Source: Anthoceros angustus
Lineage: Eukaryota; Plantae; Anthocerotophyta
Reading direction: 5' to 3'
Assembly (NCBI GenBank): GCA_010909165.1
Contig: MU008168.1
Span: forward strand, 62,001-126,000
DNA: 64,000 bases
The notes under the pieces were generated by a model. That model did no database searches. It had not been told where the DNA came from and saw only the letters and a list, made by a program, of their open reading frames with translations. This document shows, piece after piece, positions 60,732 through 64,000 of the stretch. Numbering within the stretch: the first letter of the stretch is position 1; each line of letters opens with the position of its first letter. Position numbers and translations under genes: made by a program.

Positions 60732-63583
60732 ATGCCCGTGAAGCGGGGAGCAGCAAATGCTGCTCACCAGTCTTGTAGATGCAGCCGATTGTACCTCCTT
60801 GCGTTGCTCTTCTTCGGGTGCCTCTCTTTCCTGTCTTGGAGCCAGAGATCTGGCAGTTTCAGCCCCCGGCAAGGTGAGTTATGGCCAGGCCCCGGCCCCG
60901 GCGCAGCCCGCGTGCAAGCTGGCTTGCGGAAAATGCGCATTCGGCTGCTCCTGCTGTTTTAACCCCCGTGCGGCGCGCGGCTGCTGTTTCTTTGCAGGCC
61001 TCAAGGACTTGCCCGACGGACGGCAGGAGGTGAGCAGTTCTGTGTCCGCATTCCGCTGCTGCTTGACGTTCTGCTGTTGCAGCTGCTTGTTCGGGGGCGG
61101 GGACCGCGTTCTTACATGCATGTTGCATGTGCTGGCTGGGGAACAGGCTCGTTTTGGTTCCGGGCGATCGGGTGAGCAAGTGGACGGGCAATTGTCTGCG
61201 GAGGTGAGGTCGGGGAGGGATGGGAGGGTTGCGCTGCGTGAGCAGTTCTCTGTTAATTCTCACTGGTTTTGGTGCAGTGCAGACCCTGAGTCAGGGGGGT
61301 GAGGAGTCAAGATTGAACTGGAACTTGGGAAACGGGAACCAGCGAGCTTCCTCGTGGCTTCTGGAAAGCAAGGCGGATATTGCTCGCGCGAATGTTGGAG
61401 AGGAGAATCTACATCGGCTAGCATCTGAAGGTTGCAGTCTGTCGCAAAACTGTCTCGCGAAGCCTTGCGTGCGCAGCTTCTCCTGTGCTTTCGGACTGAC
61501 TCCGACCTAATTTTCAGGCATCGTAACTGATTCGGGGAGAAGCGAGGTGACGGCGTTGACCAATGCTGGTCAGGTGATTACCCGGGTATGCATCACGCCA
61601 GCCTCGTTTGTTTGTATGTATCATGATTCTTCTTTCTCTACCGTCTAGCACTTCTCAAAGTCCCCCGGGTCGCTCCATGGTTCATATCCCAACACGATTG
61701 CACCATTCCTGTGTTTGCAGCAAATCAGACAGCATAGACAGGAAGAAAGGTTGAGATATCTGCTTGAGAACACTCACGGATATTCAAACCAGAGCACTTT
61801 GCAAGGGATAGGTGGAAAGCATAGCATATGGAGGCCAGAAAATGAGAATGCAGATTCTTTGGTCCGTTTGATGAGAGATCAGCTGATTATGGCAAGGGTA
61901 TATGCAACCATTGCGCAGGCGCATCAGGACCATAATCTTGTCCGGGAACTCAAGCTTCGCATGAAGGAGAGTCAGCGCATTCTTGGCGAATCCAGTGTCG
62001 ACGCTGAGTTGCCTCTCGGGTATGTTCCCTTCTCCTGGAAGTGCATTATTCTCTCTTTGTGGGGAGGAGGGGGTTCCCTTCAAGCATTGTAGTATTCTGA
62101 CTGAAGCTGGTCCTGACTGATTCCTGGTGCAGTGCGAATGAGAGGGTTAAAGCGATGGGTCAGGTTCTGTCCAAAGCACGAGATCGGCACAATGACTGCA
62201 CTCCAATCGTTAAAAAATTAAGGGCTATGGTCCAGCTGGCAGAAGAGCAAGGGCGGAATCTGAAGAAGCAGAACACCTTCTTGAACCAATTAGCCGCAAA
62301 GACCATTCCCAAGGGGCTGCATTGCCTCTCCATGCAGCTGACTGTTGACTATTATCAACTGCCTCCAAGGCGCCAAGAATTTCCACACAAGGATAGGCTG
62401 GAGGATACATCTCTTTATCATTATGCTCTGTTTTCTGACAACATCCTGGCAGTGTCCGTGGTGGTTAACTCTACCGTCAGCAATGCGCTGGTATGTCATG
62501 GTCAATTAAGTGTGCTGCTCGTATGATCAGGTGCCTTTCAATTGGCGAGTATTTCCCTTACCGCCGCTGTCTGGTTGTTGCAGGACCCCGAAAAGCATGT
62601 GTTCCATCTGGTTACAGATAAGCTCAACTATGGGGCCATGAGAATGTGGTTTCTAGCAAATCCACCCGGCAAAGCAACTATTGCTGTTGAGAATGTTGAT
62701 GATTTCAAATGGTTGAATTCTACTTATTGTCCAGTGCTGCGGCAACTGGAGTCGGCTGCTATGAAAGAGTACTATTTCAAGTCAGAACCTACTACTCTGG
62801 CAGCAGGTTCTTCCAACTTGAAGTACCGTAATCCCAAGTACCTGTCCATGCTAAACCATTTGCGGTTCTATCTTCCAGAAGTGTATCCCAAACTGGACAA
62901 GATAGTCTTCCTTGATGATGACATTGTAGTTCAACAAGATCTGACTGCTCTTTGGAGTGTGGATTTGAACGGCAACGTCAATGGTGCTGTTGAAACTTGC
63001 GGAGTTAGCTTCCACAGATTTGACAAGTACTTGAATTTCTCCAATCCCCTGATAGCAAGAAATTTCGATCCAAACGCTTGTGGTTGGGCGTATGGTATGA
63101 ACGTATTTGATTTGGAGGAGTGGAAAAAGAGGGACATCACCGGCATTTACCACAGATGGCAGAACCTGGTAAGCTTGCTGAACCTCTCTCCGTAGTCACC
63201 TCATGGGATTTCCGCACTCCTTTTCGCGTTTTCGTCCTGTCCTCTTCTCCCGACATTGGCTTAATAGTGCTCCAGTCCTGACTTGTCTGCTGTCTTGGCG
63301 TATGAAGAACGAGGATAGGCTACTGTGGAAGTTGGGAACACTACCTCCTGGTTTGATCACATTCTACAATCTCACGCACCCACTAGAGAAGTTTTGGCAT
63401 GTATTGGGGCTGGGTTACAACCCAAGCATCGACAAAGAAGAGGTTGAGGCAGCGGCTGTTGTGCATTACAATGGCAATTACAAACCTTGGTTAGAGATAG
63501 GCATGTCCAAGTACAAGTCTTATTGGACCAAGTACGTCCGATTTGACCACCCAGTTCTGCAACAGTGTAATATAAATGAATGA
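60732..63583 (+). CDS. GAUT: Galacturonosyltransferase (GT8, GAUT1-like), multi-exon
   Basis: Type II TM; AAKTIPKGLHCLSMQLT, YHYALFSDNILA, KYRNPKYLSMLNHLRFYLPE, FLDDDIVVQ, CGWAYGMN, LWKLGTLPPGL, HYNGNYKPWL. Confidence 0.96.
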
Positions 63584-64000
63584 CCATTCGCCGGGATGTA
63601 ACACGGATATCGGTGGAGACTCCCACTCCCAGATTGTTTCGTGAAAACTTTCCAAGACACATGCTAAGACACCCTTCGGGTGCTGTGCAAATGACGTTAT
63701 GGGCTCCTGACATGTTGCTTCTGATGTTCACGCGTGCAATTTTCTACACAGGTTCTGGAACACGCTGATCGCACGCACGTCATATCCGCTCTCTACGAAC
63801 ACACGGCTTCCTGTTTCTATCACATGGTAAAAAGTACATAACACAGCCACTAGAGAACGTTCTTGCGTGTTGTGGGGATGGGGTAGTTTCCAACCTACAG
63901 GAAAAGCTTGAGAGAGGGAGAGATGGCTGGTCTCGTGAAACCATTTACGCCTGACACTCCCCAGGCCTTCTGTTGATTTCCTTTTTGCCGAAAGACAATC

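Overview
Gene-dense land-plant nuclear DNA. Short (~70-130 nt) GT-AG introns, GC-rich exons, PLS-class PPR genes with a WW-type PG box and a transferrin-like gene suggest a seed-free plant, most likely a hornwort; the organism is inferred, not shown. Left to right: (1) a head-to-head pair of PLS-PPR paralogs plus a decayed third copy, flanking a ~7 kb largely AT-rich island. The island holds a broken pogo/DDE_1 transposase with an internal inversion, tandem and hairpin repeats resembling Helitron 3' ends, and an apparently intact type I MADS-box gene. (2) A group IIb WRKY gene. (3) CutA, with an enlarged intron hosting a box C/D snoRNA cluster: three U24-like paralogs, one RNA whose two guides both match U6 snRNA, and one orphan candidate. 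(4) GILT; an FkbM-type methyltransferase with a likely conserved-peptide uORF; a PsaN-like gene; a Deg/HtrA protease; a solo-LTR remnant. (5) TBC RabGAP; a single-lobe transferrin-like gene; a small plastid protein; a coiled-coil protein; eIF3c; SSADH; F-box/WD40; NAP1-related protein. (6) A decayed CRE-like non-LTR retroelement and a GAUT galacturonosyltransferase. Several frameshifts fall in G homopolymers and are probably assembly errors. Gene spans include introns, exons were read by eye, and no database searches were run.
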